Assembly (NCBI GenBank): GCA_040901675.1
Contig: JBBDYJ010000041.1
Coordinates: forward strand, 180,700-244,699
DNA from: Pirellulales bacterium
Lineage (GTDB): Bacteria > Planctomycetota > Planctomycetia > Pirellulales > JAICIG01
DNA: 64,000 bases
Reading direction: 5' to 3'
In this document: positions 11,167-20,630 of the stretch, piece after piece
Layout of the letters: every line of letters starts with the position of its first letter
How positions within the stretch are numbered: position 1 is the stretch's first letter
Notes under the pieces: generated by a model
What the model saw: only the letters and a program-made list of their open reading frames with translations
What the model was told of the DNA's origin: nothing
Databases searched by the model: none
Translations under genes and position numbers: made by a program

Positions 11167-13017
11167 TCACGGCTGTGGTTCCATCACGTCGTGGAGCCGG
11201 TTGATCCGGGGGACAGGAATCGTCTGCCGCACTCCGGACGGCCAGCGGATTTCTACCTGGTCCACTTCCTTAGCGTCGCCCAGCCCGAAGTGCACGGTCT
11301 TGGACGACTGCGACAGGTACCCGCCGGCGCTGTGCACTTGCCGCACCATGATCCGATCGCCCACGTGTATCTTGACGACGGCGCCGATGGCATCCCGGTT
11401 GCTCCGTGTTCCCCTCAGGCGGAAAGCCAGCCAGTTGCGCCGGGGAAACTGGTTCTTGAAATAGTACGGATGGTCGTTGAAGTTGTTGACCACCAGGTCC
11501 AGGCGGCCGTCGCCGTCGAAGTCGCCGGTCACCGCCGAGCGAGAGCTGCGCGGTGCCTGCTCGCCGCCGATGTCCTCCGGCAGAAACATGCCATGCCGAG
11601 GCGGTTCGACCCCCTCTCGGGCGGCTCGCTGGGCGAACGTTTCATCGCCGTTGTTCATCAATAGCGAATTGGGGTGATACCAGAATGGATAGCCCATCCC
11701 GCATGGCACGAAGATGTCCTCGAGTCCGTCGTTGTCGAAATCCCCCGTGGCCACGCCCCACGGCCAGAAATTCTCCAGGTTCGCGCGGTCGGAAACCTCC
11801 TCGAACCGGCCGCCCCCCAGGTTCTTGAACATCGTGTTGCCGAAAACCACCTCCTCGTACTGGATGTCCAGCAGCTCCGCCATCTCCGCCTCCAGGCCCA
11901 GGTTGCCCTGGCGGGCCTGGCCACCCGTGACATACCGATACTTGTCCCCGGTTTGAACCATTCCGCGATCACCCCCGGTCATCCACATGTCCGAGTGCAT
12001 ATCGACGCAATATACGTCGAACCGGCCGTCGTTGTTGAAATCGAACGCCTTCGATCCGACCGCGCCGAAGCTCGTCCGCTTCAGCGTGTCGGCCGTGACA
12101 TCGCGTAAGCGGCCGCCGCCGATATTCTCATAGAGCTGGCTGCGGCCGAACATGTTGGTGACGAACACGTCCAGGTCGCCGTCGTCGTAGTCGAATACCG
12201 CCACGTCGCCCCCCCACCCCTGGCCGCGCAAACCGGACGCCTCGGTCTCGTCGCGGAACGTGCCGTCCCCCTGGTTCCGGTAAAACCTGTTGTATTCCTT
12301 CGGCGAGGCGAACAGCGTCGTCAGGACCGAAGGTCCCACGAAGTAATCGCTCTCCTGATCGAAGGTCTCGGTGGTCCAACTGGCCGAGTTGGTGACCAGC
12401 AGATCGAGGTGGCCGTCGTTGTCGGCGTCGAAGAAGGCCGCCGTCTGCGAATGCGCCACCAGCACCAGGCTTGCCTGCTCAGTGACGTCCTTGAAGCGGC
12501 CGTTGCCTTGGTTTTCGAAGAGCACGTTGCCCGCGCGGGTGGTGGTGATGTAGAGGTCTTGATCGCCGTCGTTATCGTAGTCGGCGAAGGTGCCGCCCAC
12601 CGAGATGCGGTCGGCCAGCCCCACGCCCGCCTCTTCGGTCACTTCCTCGAAGGTTCCGTCGCCTCGGTTGCGGTACAGCGCGTTGGGGCCAAGCTGGTTG
12701 AGGAACAACAGGTCGTCGTGCCCATCGCCGTTGTAGTCGCCCACCACGACGCCGCAGCCGTGGTCGTAGAGGTTAAACTTGAACTCCTCGCCCTGCTCAC
12801 CGGGCAGGAAAGTCATTGTGAACGTCAGCCCGCTTTCCTGCGCAAGCTCGCGAAAGCCAGGGGGACGATCCTCCGGCCCGTCGGCGGCGACATCCGCGCC
12901 TGGTGCACCCGCCGGCTGCTCATCCGAGCCACGGGTTACCAGCATGAAAACCACTCCACCAAGCGTCGCCAGCAGCAGCAACGCGCCCACTGCGACGCGG
13001 CGTATGTTCAGCTTCAC
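11167..13017 (-). CDS. CRTAC1 family protein (FG-GAP repeats + ASPIC/UnbV)
   Basis: Repeated DYDNDGD motifs; C-terminal HFGLG...EIRWPSG. Confidence 0.9.
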   Translation of the reverse strand: MKLNIRRVAVGALLLLATLGGVVFMLVTRGSDEQPAGAPGADVAADGPEDRPPGFRELAQESGLTFTMTFLPGEQGEEFKFNLYDHGCGVVVGDYNGDGHDDLLFLNQLGPNALYRNRGDGTFEEVTEEAGVGLADRISVGGTFADYDNDGDQDLYITTTRAGNVLFENQGNGRFKDVTEQASLVLVAHSQTAAFFDADNDGHLDLLVTNSASWTTETFDQESDYFVGPSVLTTLFASPKEYNRFYRNQGDGTFRDETEASGLRGQGWGGDVAVFDYDDGDLDVFVTNMFGRSQLYENIGGGRLRDVTADTLKRTSFGAVGSKAFDFNNDGRFDVYCVDMHSDMWMTGGDRGMVQTGDKYRYVTGGQARQGNLGLEAEMAELLDIQYEEVVFGNTMFKNLGGGRFEEVSDRANLENFWPWGVATGDFDNDGLEDIFVPCGMGYPFWYHPNSLLMNNGDETFAQRAAREGVEPPRHGMFLPEDIGGEQAPRSSRSAVTGDFDGDGRLDLVVNNFNDHPYYFKNQFPRRNWLAFRLRGTRSNRDAIGAVVKIHVGDRIMVRQVHSAGGYLSQSSKTVHFGLGDAKEVDQVEIRWPSGVRQTIPVPRINRLHDVMEPQP

Positions 13018-13097
13018 GGGATCACCTCATACCAGGCAGCGCGGCGCCGGACAGCAGCGATCGCTTCGCTCCGGATGCCAGGCTCTTGGACTCTCGT

Positions 13098-13151
13098 AGT
13101 ACCGGAGGTGGGACTTGAACCCACACGCCCTTGCGGGCACTGGATTTTGAG
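13098..13151 (-). repeat. att site: 54-bp duplicate of the tRNA-Leu 3' half
   Basis: Identical to 20516..20569; on the - strand it starts exactly at the anticodon loop CTCAAAA. Confidence 0.95.
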
Positions 13152-13330
13152 CCCCGCGCGGGGTTCTTGTAAAGGGGCAACGAGCGAAGAGTCAGGCGAA
13201 TCCTGCCTTGGCGGGGTGCCCACCATGGTGCCGGCCGGCCCGCCCCCGGGCCCCGCTTGCGGGCGAACTGGCCCTCCTCGTGGCCGCGCGGCGCCTACCC
13301 GAGGCCATCAAGGCCAGGATTCTGGCGATG

Positions 13331-13415
13331 CCCACGTCACCCACGTTTGCGCCTGTCGCGGCCCTGCGTCGGCGGGGGGGCCGGTGTGGCCAACGGACGC
13401 CGAGTTGGCGGCCGT
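13331..13415. repeat. island palindromic repeat copy R1 (partial)
   Basis: CCCACGTCACCCACGTTTGCGCCTGTCGCG shares its 5' arm with R2-R4. Confidence 0.55.
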
Positions 13416-13818
13416 GCGGCGGACGGGCGGTCGGCAGGGAGGACGGGCGGACGATTGCGGGCGATACGCCCACCGCGGCTTCCACTGCCCCCGCCCCGCC
13501 GCCAGTGTCGAGCCGCACCGACTGGTACGCCCCCGGTTCAGAAGCTGTCGCGACTGGCCATCACGTCTTAAGTCACGATCGACTTCGGAGACGACCGCCG
13601 CCATCGCGTTACTGTGGAGGAACGAGCCGATGCATACATCATCAGCGGCTTCGTGGCTCGTCTAAGCCAAGTCGCCCGTCTGCCAGCGGCCATTCGCTTG
13701 GTATTGCGCCGCTACACTGGCGCAAATACAAATATTCTCAATTCGAGCTGTCGATTGGGCTCGCTGACCCAGAGGCTTATCGGCCGGCAGCGGAGGTTCC
13801 CCGGGGCGTTCTGACGCA

Positions 13819-15234
13819 CTAACGACTCAAGCCTTTGCCGGAGACCCGCTCCGCCTGAGCGAATCCGATTCCCCAGTTGGCTTCGATTTCCATTTGTCCA
13901 CGAAAGTCCTCGGCGCCGAGCAAGACGGTCGAATCCTCGGCAAGGCGGCCCGACTTGTCGACGTAGGCCTTGAGCAGGTATCGGCCTGGGGCCAGCGTGG
14001 CGCTCTCGGAGATGCGGCCTCCCAGGGCCGGCGTCGCCTCCGCGTCCGCGCCGTCCAGTAGGAACAGCACGCCAAAGACGATCCGTCGCGGGTTGACCAG
14101 CCCTTGCGTGAAGGCGATCGGCTCGGTCGACCAGGTTTGGTCGGCCTCATCCCACTGGTGGAAGAACAACTGCACGGGAGCAAGCACGGGCCAATCGGCA
14201 GGAACGTCTTGGAGAAAGACGGCGTGTTCGGTCGGAACCCAGTTGTCCGGCGGCAGGTCCGCGACTGAGGTGTACTCGTCGCCGACGACACGCGCATAAT
14301 CCTGGATCCAGGCGGTGAACGCCTTGTACGAGAAGTCGTCCCGGTGCATCTTCAGCCCGCCCATGTGGGATACCGGCTCGGTGTACGAAGGCTCCTCAAA
14401 CTCGCCTTTAGCGATCTGCTGGGGCAGCTTGGAGGTCGGCTTCAAGACGAGGAGGCTGTTGGCCGGCTCCTGCAGATTGATCAGAGGCAGCGAGCCGCCG
14501 GTGGCCTTGCGGCTCCGTTCGATCAGATACTCCATTGTGACTTGGGGCGTTTCGCGAAAGATGTTCATCCGCTCGCCGTATTCTGCGGCGAATTCCTTGG
14601 CCTGATCGATTGCCCTCTTGTGCTTCGGATTGGCGTGGTCGATCTCGTGCGGTGTGTGGCAGGGAAAGCACCGCATCCGCTGCGACCAGACATTGCGGAC
14701 GAAGGAATCCACGACGCGGCTCTTGCGGGCGTGCCGGATTACCTCGTCCGACCTCTCGGGTCCGACCTGCCGTGCGTCATCGTCGACCGGCAGTGCCCGC
14801 AGTTCCGGGTCGTTGCAGCAGGCCTTGATCCACGCCGCAAACGCCTCGTACTCCGCCTTTCGCGTCTTCTCGTGGATGAGCCTGGCTCCCTGATCGGCGT
14901 CCCGGTCGCCCATTTGAATGAGCTTGAGGATCTTCGAGTTCTCGGGGGCGTCCAGATCGATGAGGCCCTGCTCGCGGAGCGAGGCAAACGTCTTCTCATG
15001 CGACGGGAGGATGTAGTCCTTCACGTCGACCGCCGCCAGGTGGCACTGCACGCAGCTCGACGGCTCCGGTGACCTGAAGATCGGCATGATCCGCTGCTCG
15101 AACGCCTCCAGCGGCGACGTTGCGGCCGTATCGTCGTCTGCTGCTGCGAGCGGCCGTGCAAAAACGCAGACGGCGACGACGCAAAATGTGGCGGGCCGGC
15201 GGAACTCGTTCAGTAGCATGGCAATTGTTCTCAC
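13819..15234 (-). CDS. secreted protein with two CxxCH motifs (putative diheme cytochrome c)
   Basis: CVQCH and CFPCH motifs; signal peptide. Confidence 0.75.
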   Translation of the reverse strand: MRTIAMLLNEFRRPATFCVVAVCVFARPLAAADDDTAATSPLEAFEQRIMPIFRSPEPSSCVQCHLAAVDVKDYILPSHEKTFASLREQGLIDLDAPENSKILKLIQMGDRDADQGARLIHEKTRKAEYEAFAAWIKACCNDPELRALPVDDDARQVGPERSDEVIRHARKSRVVDSFVRNVWSQRMRCFPCHTPHEIDHANPKHKRAIDQAKEFAAEYGERMNIFRETPQVTMEYLIERSRKATGGSLPLINLQEPANSLLVLKPTSKLPQQIAKGEFEEPSYTEPVSHMGGLKMHRDDFSYKAFTAWIQDYARVVGDEYTSVADLPPDNWVPTEHAVFLQDVPADWPVLAPVQLFFHQWDEADQTWSTEPIAFTQGLVNPRRIVFGVLFLLDGADAEATPALGGRISESATLAPGRYLLKAYVDKSGRLAEDSTVLLGAEDFRGQMEIEANWGIGFAQAERVSGKGLSR

Positions 15235-15841
15235 GGAAGCTTCGGGGTGAAGGGCGGATCGTACACGGTGGGGTACGTCACGATCCGCGTGAACACGCGC
15301 GCCCCAGCAGGTCCAGACCCACCTTCGGTATCGCCCGTCGTACGAACGCTGGATCTGGGATTGCCTCGAGTCTGGTCCAATTAGGAAGTCTTTTCCCGGT
15401 CATCGTCGTACTCCTGGTATTCGTGACGAACTGACGCGAGCCTCACGGCGAGGGCCGCACAATCGGCGGCTGTGTCGGCCTAGCCGGACTGCCAACAACG
15501 GCCACCGCCCGGTATTAGAGCGGCTCAGGGTGGCACGCTCAAGTATCGCCATTGATTTCCTCGCATGCGCTGCGGCGTACAGCGATCTGCCGCCTGCGCG
15601 TTAGGCTGCAAACTTGCAGCCTCAGGTGATCCACTGGCCATTCTTAAAACCAAGTTCGGTTGGCCAGTCATCTGCGGTTTCATAGTGGGAGATCGATGAG
15701 AGACGAATACCCGCCCCCTTTTCCCCTAAACTGTACCTAGAGTTCGCGGCCCTCCTGGCGCCACGATCCGCCGCCCCGGATGCCCGGGGCCGCGCTCCGC
15801 ATCTCGGAGCCGCCAGCACACCCCTTGTGCCGGAGGTTCCC

Positions 15842-15985
15842 GTGCGCATCGAGATGCGGCCCATCGATTCCATCCGCCCCTATCCGGGCAACCCGCGGAT
15901 CAACGACGACGCCGTGGCATCGGTCGCCGCCAGCGTCAAGGAGTTCGGGTTCCGCCAGCCCATCGTGGTCGACGTCGACGGCATG
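15842..15985 (+). pseudogene. ParB-like N-terminal fragment (phage ParB/methylase type)
   Basis: GGAGG RBS then IRPYPGNPRINDDAV...EFGFRQPIVVD; resemblance ends abruptly. Confidence 0.75.
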
Positions 15986-16126
15986 ACCTCGTGCATCGTT
16001 CGTCCTCCGTCGTTCGCGGCGTGCCCCACGACCACACAGCTACCTCGATCCGCCGGAAGCATCAAGCGAATTGCGGCCGCATTCCTTTCGGTCGCCCTGT
16101 TTCGGCTAGCCTAAAACGAGCCCCCC

Positions 16127-16236
16127 GCCACGTCGCCCCACGTTTGGCCCGTGTGGCGGCCGGCGGGAACGTTGGCCAATGGGGGCCAACCAACGGGGAC
16201 GTGGCCACGTGCGGGCGTCGTGGGCAACGTCGGGGC
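16127..16236. repeat. ~110-bp imperfect palindrome R2
   Basis: CCACGTCGCCCCACG...CGTGGGCAACGTCGG arms; highly similar to R3. Confidence 0.8.
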
Positions 16237-16284
16237 CGACCGGCGACCTACGGGCGCGAGGACGCCGGCAGGCGACCATGCTGC

Positions 16285-16830
16285 CTACCTGGGGCTGCGG
16301 AAAGCAAGCGAGTACAGACGGAGAGCGAGGCGGACCACAAGCCAGCCGGCCGCGTAGATGGTGCAGGCGAGGGCGAAGAGGATGGGCACACGAACGGGCC
16401 AGGGCATTACGGAACCAGTTGGGTCCAATTCGCAGCCTTCGAATGTCGGCCGCTCAAATTGGGCGAGAGCAAATACAACCGAGAGAACGGAAGTAAGGAT
16501 CAACAGAGTCAGCAGCCTGACTTGCAATCGATTCTTCGATCGGATCCATTTCTCCAACACGAAGACCACAGCGGAGCTGGCGGCGAGCTGAATGGCCAGG
16601 CTCAAGGCTCGGCAGTTCCACCACGGGCGATGCCATGGGCCAAACCACCACTCTTGTAGGTTGTAGTGGGTGAAAGGCCATCCATAGACCGTTGTGGACA
16701 CGGTCATGCCTGTCGAGTAGACATGAACGCGCTTTCCACCGCCGCATTCAGACCACGCCAATGCTGCACCCACGATGCATAGTCCAAGCAAGGTCCCCCA
16801 ATGCAATCGGTACCACCTTCGATCAGCCAT
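16285..16830 (-). CDS. membrane hypothetical protein, leaderless
   Basis: TGGTATCAT + 6 nt + ATG (MADRRWYRLHWG); YGWP motif; four TM segments. Confidence 0.7.
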   Translation of the reverse strand: MADRRWYRLHWGTLLGLCIVGAALAWSECGGGKRVHVYSTGMTVSTTVYGWPFTHYNLQEWWFGPWHRPWWNCRALSLAIQLAASSAVVFVLEKWIRSKNRLQVRLLTLLILTSVLSVVFALAQFERPTFEGCELDPTGSVMPWPVRVPILFALACTIYAAGWLVVRLALRLYSLAFRSPR

Positions 16831-16857
16831 CCGCGTATGATACCAAAGAGAACAGCG

Positions 16858-16962
16858 GCGTTCCACACGTTGGCCCGTGTCGCGGACGGCGGGGACGGTG
16901 GCCCAACGGGGCCAACCAACGTGAACGAGGCCACGTGCGGGTGTCGTGGGCAACGTCGGGCC
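16858..16962. repeat. ~105-bp imperfect palindrome R3
   Basis: Aligns with R2 over its length. Confidence 0.8.
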
Positions 16963-17126
16963 GGAAGGGCGGACTACCGGACTGCCCGGCGCCGGGGAGC
17001 GTCCGCGACGACCAAGGCCTACGCGGGGCGGCGCACGGCCAGCGAGTACAAGCTGCGGGCAAGGCGGGCGACGAGCCAGCCGGCGGTGTAGAACAAGGAA
17101 CAGGGCTATCCCATGCCACCCAATTC

Positions 17127-17725
17127 GGTAGTGGGTCAGTTTCAAACTCACCCACTACTTTTACTTCTTGGTTGACATCACGCCGACACGCCAGAGTTCA
17201 ATGTCTTTCCATTGCCGATCCAGCCCTTCGCACGGGCGAACCAAGAAAACAAGAGAAAGATCGCCGCCAAGACAATCACCAGGGAGGGCATGATCGCCCC
17301 TTCTGCTCCCATGACTTGCAGACCGCCGGCTATGACCATGGTGTAAACCATTTGAATCAGTACGGCGACAAGGGAAATCGCCAGCAACAAAACGGACCAG
17401 CCTTTTCGCAAAAAGAGCCCGACACTCCCCGCGACTCCCGCTAACACAGCCACGCCGTAGACGAAATAGATCCAGCCGGAAATGGATCGTGCCCACTCTT
17501 TTTGAGGCTCGGTGAATGACTCCATCATCGCCTCTTGCGCGAAGAGTTCCATGGCCAGTGCGGCGCATCCCATCAGGTTCCAGAGCACTGCGACCGTCGC
17601 AATTACCCAGTACCAGACTGGGACCGATAGTTTGGGTGATTGATTCATGATTCGCATTCCTGAATTTTCGACGGCCCAAGCATTCTAAGCGAAGGCCGCG
17701 CACGATGCCAAACTGACCCACTACC
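17127..17725. mobile_element. non-autonomous IS1-like cassette (no transposase) carrying one passenger gene
   Basis: Perfect 16-bp TIRs GGTAGTGGGTCAGTTT; 8-bp TSD CCCAATTC at 17119..17126 and 17726..17733. Confidence 0.85.
17178..17657 (-). CDS. four-TM membrane protein (passenger gene)
   Basis: PVWYWVIATVAVLWNLMG start; four hydrophobic helices. Confidence 0.8.
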   Translation of the reverse strand: MRIMNQSPKLSVPVWYWVIATVAVLWNLMGCAALAMELFAQEAMMESFTEPQKEWARSISGWIYFVYGVAVLAGVAGSVGLFLRKGWSVLLLAISLVAVLIQMVYTMVIAGGLQVMGAEGAIMPSLVIVLAAIFLLFSWFARAKGWIGNGKTLNSGVSA

Positions 17726-17983
17726 CCCAATTCAACGATACCACTTTCGCTCGGCCGAGTATGATACCAGAGAGAACGACCGCCGCGACATTCCCGAGGT
17801 TGCCGCGTGCCGCGTCGATGGCGAGGAACGAACCCGTGTACGAACGCGACGCCAGCGCAACGCACGCGGCCACGTAGGCCCTGGGGAGGCCATAGGTACT
17901 TCCGGGCGAATGGCGGTTTGCTCGGGGCGGCGAGCCCCGGAATTTGTACAGGCCCAGCGCTAATTTTCCGCGGTAAGTAAGCG

Positions 17984-18493
17984 GTGACAAGGATGCCCCC
18001 CACCACGCAGAAAAACCCGGGCGCCACGGCGAATCTCGACCGCAAGGAGGCCGCCGCCGCTGGGCCGTATCGGGTACACCTGTTCGAGATCGACGCCGAT
18101 CACTGGAAGACGTGGGTACACCAGCGGCTCGAGACGCCCCTGGACCAGCCGGGCAGCATGAGCTTCTACAAGGCGCCGCCCCAGGAGCACATGTCGCTGA
18201 TCAAGCACCTGACGGCCGAGACCAAGACCGAGGAGTTCATTGCCGGCAAAGGCGTGGTGACCCGCTGGGAGCGGGTCCGCAAGGCGAACCACTGGTTCGA
18301 CGCGCTCTACAACGCCTCCGCAGCCGGCCATTACTGCGGCGTGCGGCTGCCGGGCCAGGAGCCGCCGCCGCGGAGAAAGCACGTTGCGCTGGCCGACATG
18401 GCTCAGAGGGCGGCGGCAACGCGGCCCGATGGCCGGCCGTGGGTCGATACCGACTGGTGGCGGGAGATGCGGGCGAGGCAGATGGGGGGCTGA
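17984..18493 (+). pseudogene. phage terminase large subunit (GpA-like) C-terminal remnant
   Basis: IDADHWKTWVHQRL...HLTAE...WERVRKANHWFDAL resembles the GpA nuclease tail; ATPase domain missing. Confidence 0.6.
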
Positions 18494-18544
18494 ACCGGAT
18501 TCGAATCATCCGACTGCCCGTGCGCTATGCCGGCAAAGATGCCG

Positions 18545-19240
18545 TCAATCCCACTCTAACTCTGAGGGTTCGGAATCGAAGAGAACTAAGATGCGGATGC
18601 CAGGTAGGGCTTTGGTCATTCCCTCCCAACCACCGGCTGTTCTTAGCTGCTCCGCTGAAATATACAACTCCCGTAGCTTCGGCATCTTGAGCAGGTGAGT
18701 CAAGCCCCTTGCCGTCACTCGCGTCTCACCAACATTGAGCCACTCTAGATTGGGCAGTCGAAGGATGTCGTCGAGGCAGGCATCGGATATGGCTGTTTTC
18801 TGCAGGTCGAGTATTCGAAGCGTCTTGATGTGCGCAAGCTGAGAAATGCCTTTGTCCGTTATCGGCTGGTGAGTAAGCCAAACCTGCTCGAGTTTGGGAA
18901 ATTCGAGGAGGTAATCCAAATCGGGATCGGTCAAATTGTTCTCAGGATACATTAGATCGACGGCAACTACCGTGTCGAAGTAATGGTCACCGAGCAACTT
19001 GCGTAGCCGAGCCGATTTCCGAGCTTCAACCTCTCGATTCAGTTCCACCTCCGTCCATCCGCGCCGCCACTTCCAATCGTAATGCACTTTGCCGCCCAAC
19101 CTTTCAATAGCAGCCACTGCTCGGCGCTGTTGTTCGGCCCGGTTCACTTGCACGCCAAGCCAAAGGCCGAAGACGGTCACCAAGCCCAGCATCGAGCGAA
19201 GGCTATATCGCAACCAACGGCGGGGGGTCGGTGTGGCCAT
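18545..19240 (-). CDS. membrane-anchored leucine-rich repeat protein, leaderless
   Basis: LxxLxLxxTxIxD repeats; TGGTATCAT + 6 nt + ATG. Confidence 0.8.
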   Translation of the reverse strand: MATPTPRRWLRYSLRSMLGLVTVFGLWLGVQVNRAEQQRRAVAAIERLGGKVHYDWKWRRGWTEVELNREVEARKSARLRKLLGDHYFDTVVAVDLMYPENNLTDPDLDYLLEFPKLEQVWLTHQPITDKGISQLAHIKTLRILDLQKTAISDACLDDILRLPNLEWLNVGETRVTARGLTHLLKMPKLRELYISAEQLRTAGGWEGMTKALPGIRILVLFDSEPSELEWD

Positions 19241-19359
19241 GCATCCATGATACCAAGACGGCCGCGGATTTACGTAGCTCGCCATGGTTGGCGGCGGCGT
19301 CTTGACCGCATTGGCAGGACCCCGGGCCGGCATGCGGGCCTCGGACGCGCGGTTGGAGG

Positions 19360-19776
19360 TCATCGTGGTGCTTCCGGCAACAGGAAGAATACTCCATCGA
19401 CGTTTTCCGGCTCCCGGAACGTAGAGGGCCGCTGGCCTGTCATTTCATAGCCGGGTGCCGCCGCACCCATTAGAAATCCCGACTGGTCGCGTGCTACGCG
19501 GAGGGTTACCAGTCCGTGGGCATCCGTCCGGCCCGTGTCGCCTCTTGGCAAAAGGAACTCGAGCCATCTAGGCAAAGAAAGGCTTACCGGCTCAATGGCT
19601 ACTTCCGCACCCTCCACAGGTTGAAGTGTGTCAGCATCAACAACCATGTACGTCTTGTTGTCGTATCGATGGCTCAGGCGCACCAGGCAGAGCGCGGCAA
19701 TGGCGAGCAAGGCCAACACAAGGGCGACATACGCGAAGAATCGCATTGTGCCGGCTAATGCTGTGCGGATCCGCAT
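19360..19776 (-). CDS. membrane-anchored carboxypeptidase-regulatory-like domain protein
   Basis: VVDADTLQPVEGAEV...RTDAHG...APGY. Confidence 0.6.
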   Translation of the reverse strand: MRIRTALAGTMRFFAYVALVLALLAIAALCLVRLSHRYDNKTYMVVDADTLQPVEGAEVAIEPVSLSLPRWLEFLLPRGDTGRTDAHGLVTLRVARDQSGFLMGAAAPGYEMTGQRPSTFREPENVDGVFFLLPEAPR

Positions 19777-20104
19777 TGCTCGTCCCAGCCCGCATAAACT
19801 GAATCGGCCGAGGGATGGATTTGAGCCACGACCAACTACGGCACATCGGTCTTAAGGTGTTCGAGGCCCTCCAGCGTTTTGCAAATTCGACCGCGCCGGA
19901 ATCCGCCGGTCAAGCAGTAGCCGCTTGTCGCCATTGTCCTGCGCCGAGATGATCCAATAGCCAGTGGCACCCGCGTCGGCACAATCGCGGGCTACCGCAA
20001 TCGCCGCGCTGAGGAAAGCCCGTCGGACAGCTCCGCCCGATGTGGTGTTGGCTGGCTGCCGCGTCTTGCCCGCGCCGCCTCCCGGGTGTCGAGACGCGTG
20101 AAAC

Positions 20105-20202
20105 GCCACGTTTGCGCCGTGTCGCGACGGTGCGGGCGGTTGGCCCCCGTGCCCACCGCACAACGAGGCCCCGCGTGGGGGGCTCGTGGGCGACCTGGTG
20201 GC
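20105..20202. repeat. imperfect palindrome R4
   Basis: CCACGTTTGCGCCGTGTCGCG...GAGGCCCCGCGTGG...CGTGGGCGAC; same family as R2/R3. Confidence 0.65.
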
Positions 20203-20425
20203 CAAAGGCGGCTAGCCGACTCTCGCCCGCAGGCGTTGCGGCGAGCGGATCGTGATCCGCCGCCCGGTCGCCTCGTTGACCGCGTAGATCACGGTCCGCC
20301 ACGCGTCGCGACGCGAGCACGAGGAGACCGCCAGCCAGGCCAGGCCCGGTGAGGTCTTGTTTGTCCAGGTTTACGCGAGCGAGGTGGACGGCCAAGTATA
20401 CGCATTGTCTCCGCCGCAGGCGGAT

Positions 20426-20516
20426 TGGTGCTTGGTACTTGGGACGCCCCGGCGCGCCGGGATTCGCGACCCCCGCTTGCGCGTCCAAAGCTCCAAGGTC
20501 CAAGTACCAAGCACCA
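20426..20516. repeat. heptamer-built inverted repeat directly 3' of the tRNA (possible terminator)
   Basis: 17-bp perfect IR TGGTGCTTGGTACTTGG / CCAAGTACCAAGCACCA. Confidence 0.7.
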
Positions 20517-20517
20517 G

Positions 20518-20600
20518 TACCGGAGGTGGGACTTGAACCCACACGCCCTTGCGGGCACTGGATTTTGAGTCCAGCGCGTCTGCCATTCCGCCACTCCGGC
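20518..20600 (-). tRNA. tRNA-Leu(CAA), CCA not encoded
   Basis: GCCGGAGTGGCGGAATGGCAGACGCGCTGGACTCAAAATCCAG...GGTTCAAGTCCCACCTCCGGTA with a long variable arm. Confidence 0.97.
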
Positions 20601-20630
20601 TGTGCAACTCGCTCTCAAAGTTTTCGGCAT

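Larger units (their letters stand above)
17019..17757 (-). pseudogene. degenerate paralog of 16285..16830, interrupted by a mobile cassette
   Basis: 3' tail FYTAGWLVARLARSLYSLAVRRPA* matches IYAAGWLVVRLALRLYSLAFRSPR*; 5' AERKWYR matches ADRRWYR. Confidence 0.65.
13098..20569. mobile_element. decayed prophage-like genomic island integrated in tRNA-Leu
   Basis: Flanking 54-bp direct repeats; ParB-like and terminase remnants inside; no integrase seen. Confidence 0.85.

Noticed and set aside
13098..13151. second tRNA-Leu gene
   Set aside because: Only the 3' half is present (no D-arm or 5' acceptor strand); it is an att duplicate.
13208..13822. ORF next to the att site (LPEAIKARILAM)
   Set aside because: Degenerate, runs through repeat R1, and is not an integrase; no supportable product.
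15590..15625. attC-like GTTAGGC
   Set aside because: No matching GCCTAAC arm; better explained as a GGCTGCAA/TTGCAGCC hairpin after a gene remnant.
16127..20202. integron attC array or CRISPR array
   Set aside because: No GTTRRRY/RYYYAAC cores, no intI or cas genes, and spacing is irregular at gene scale.
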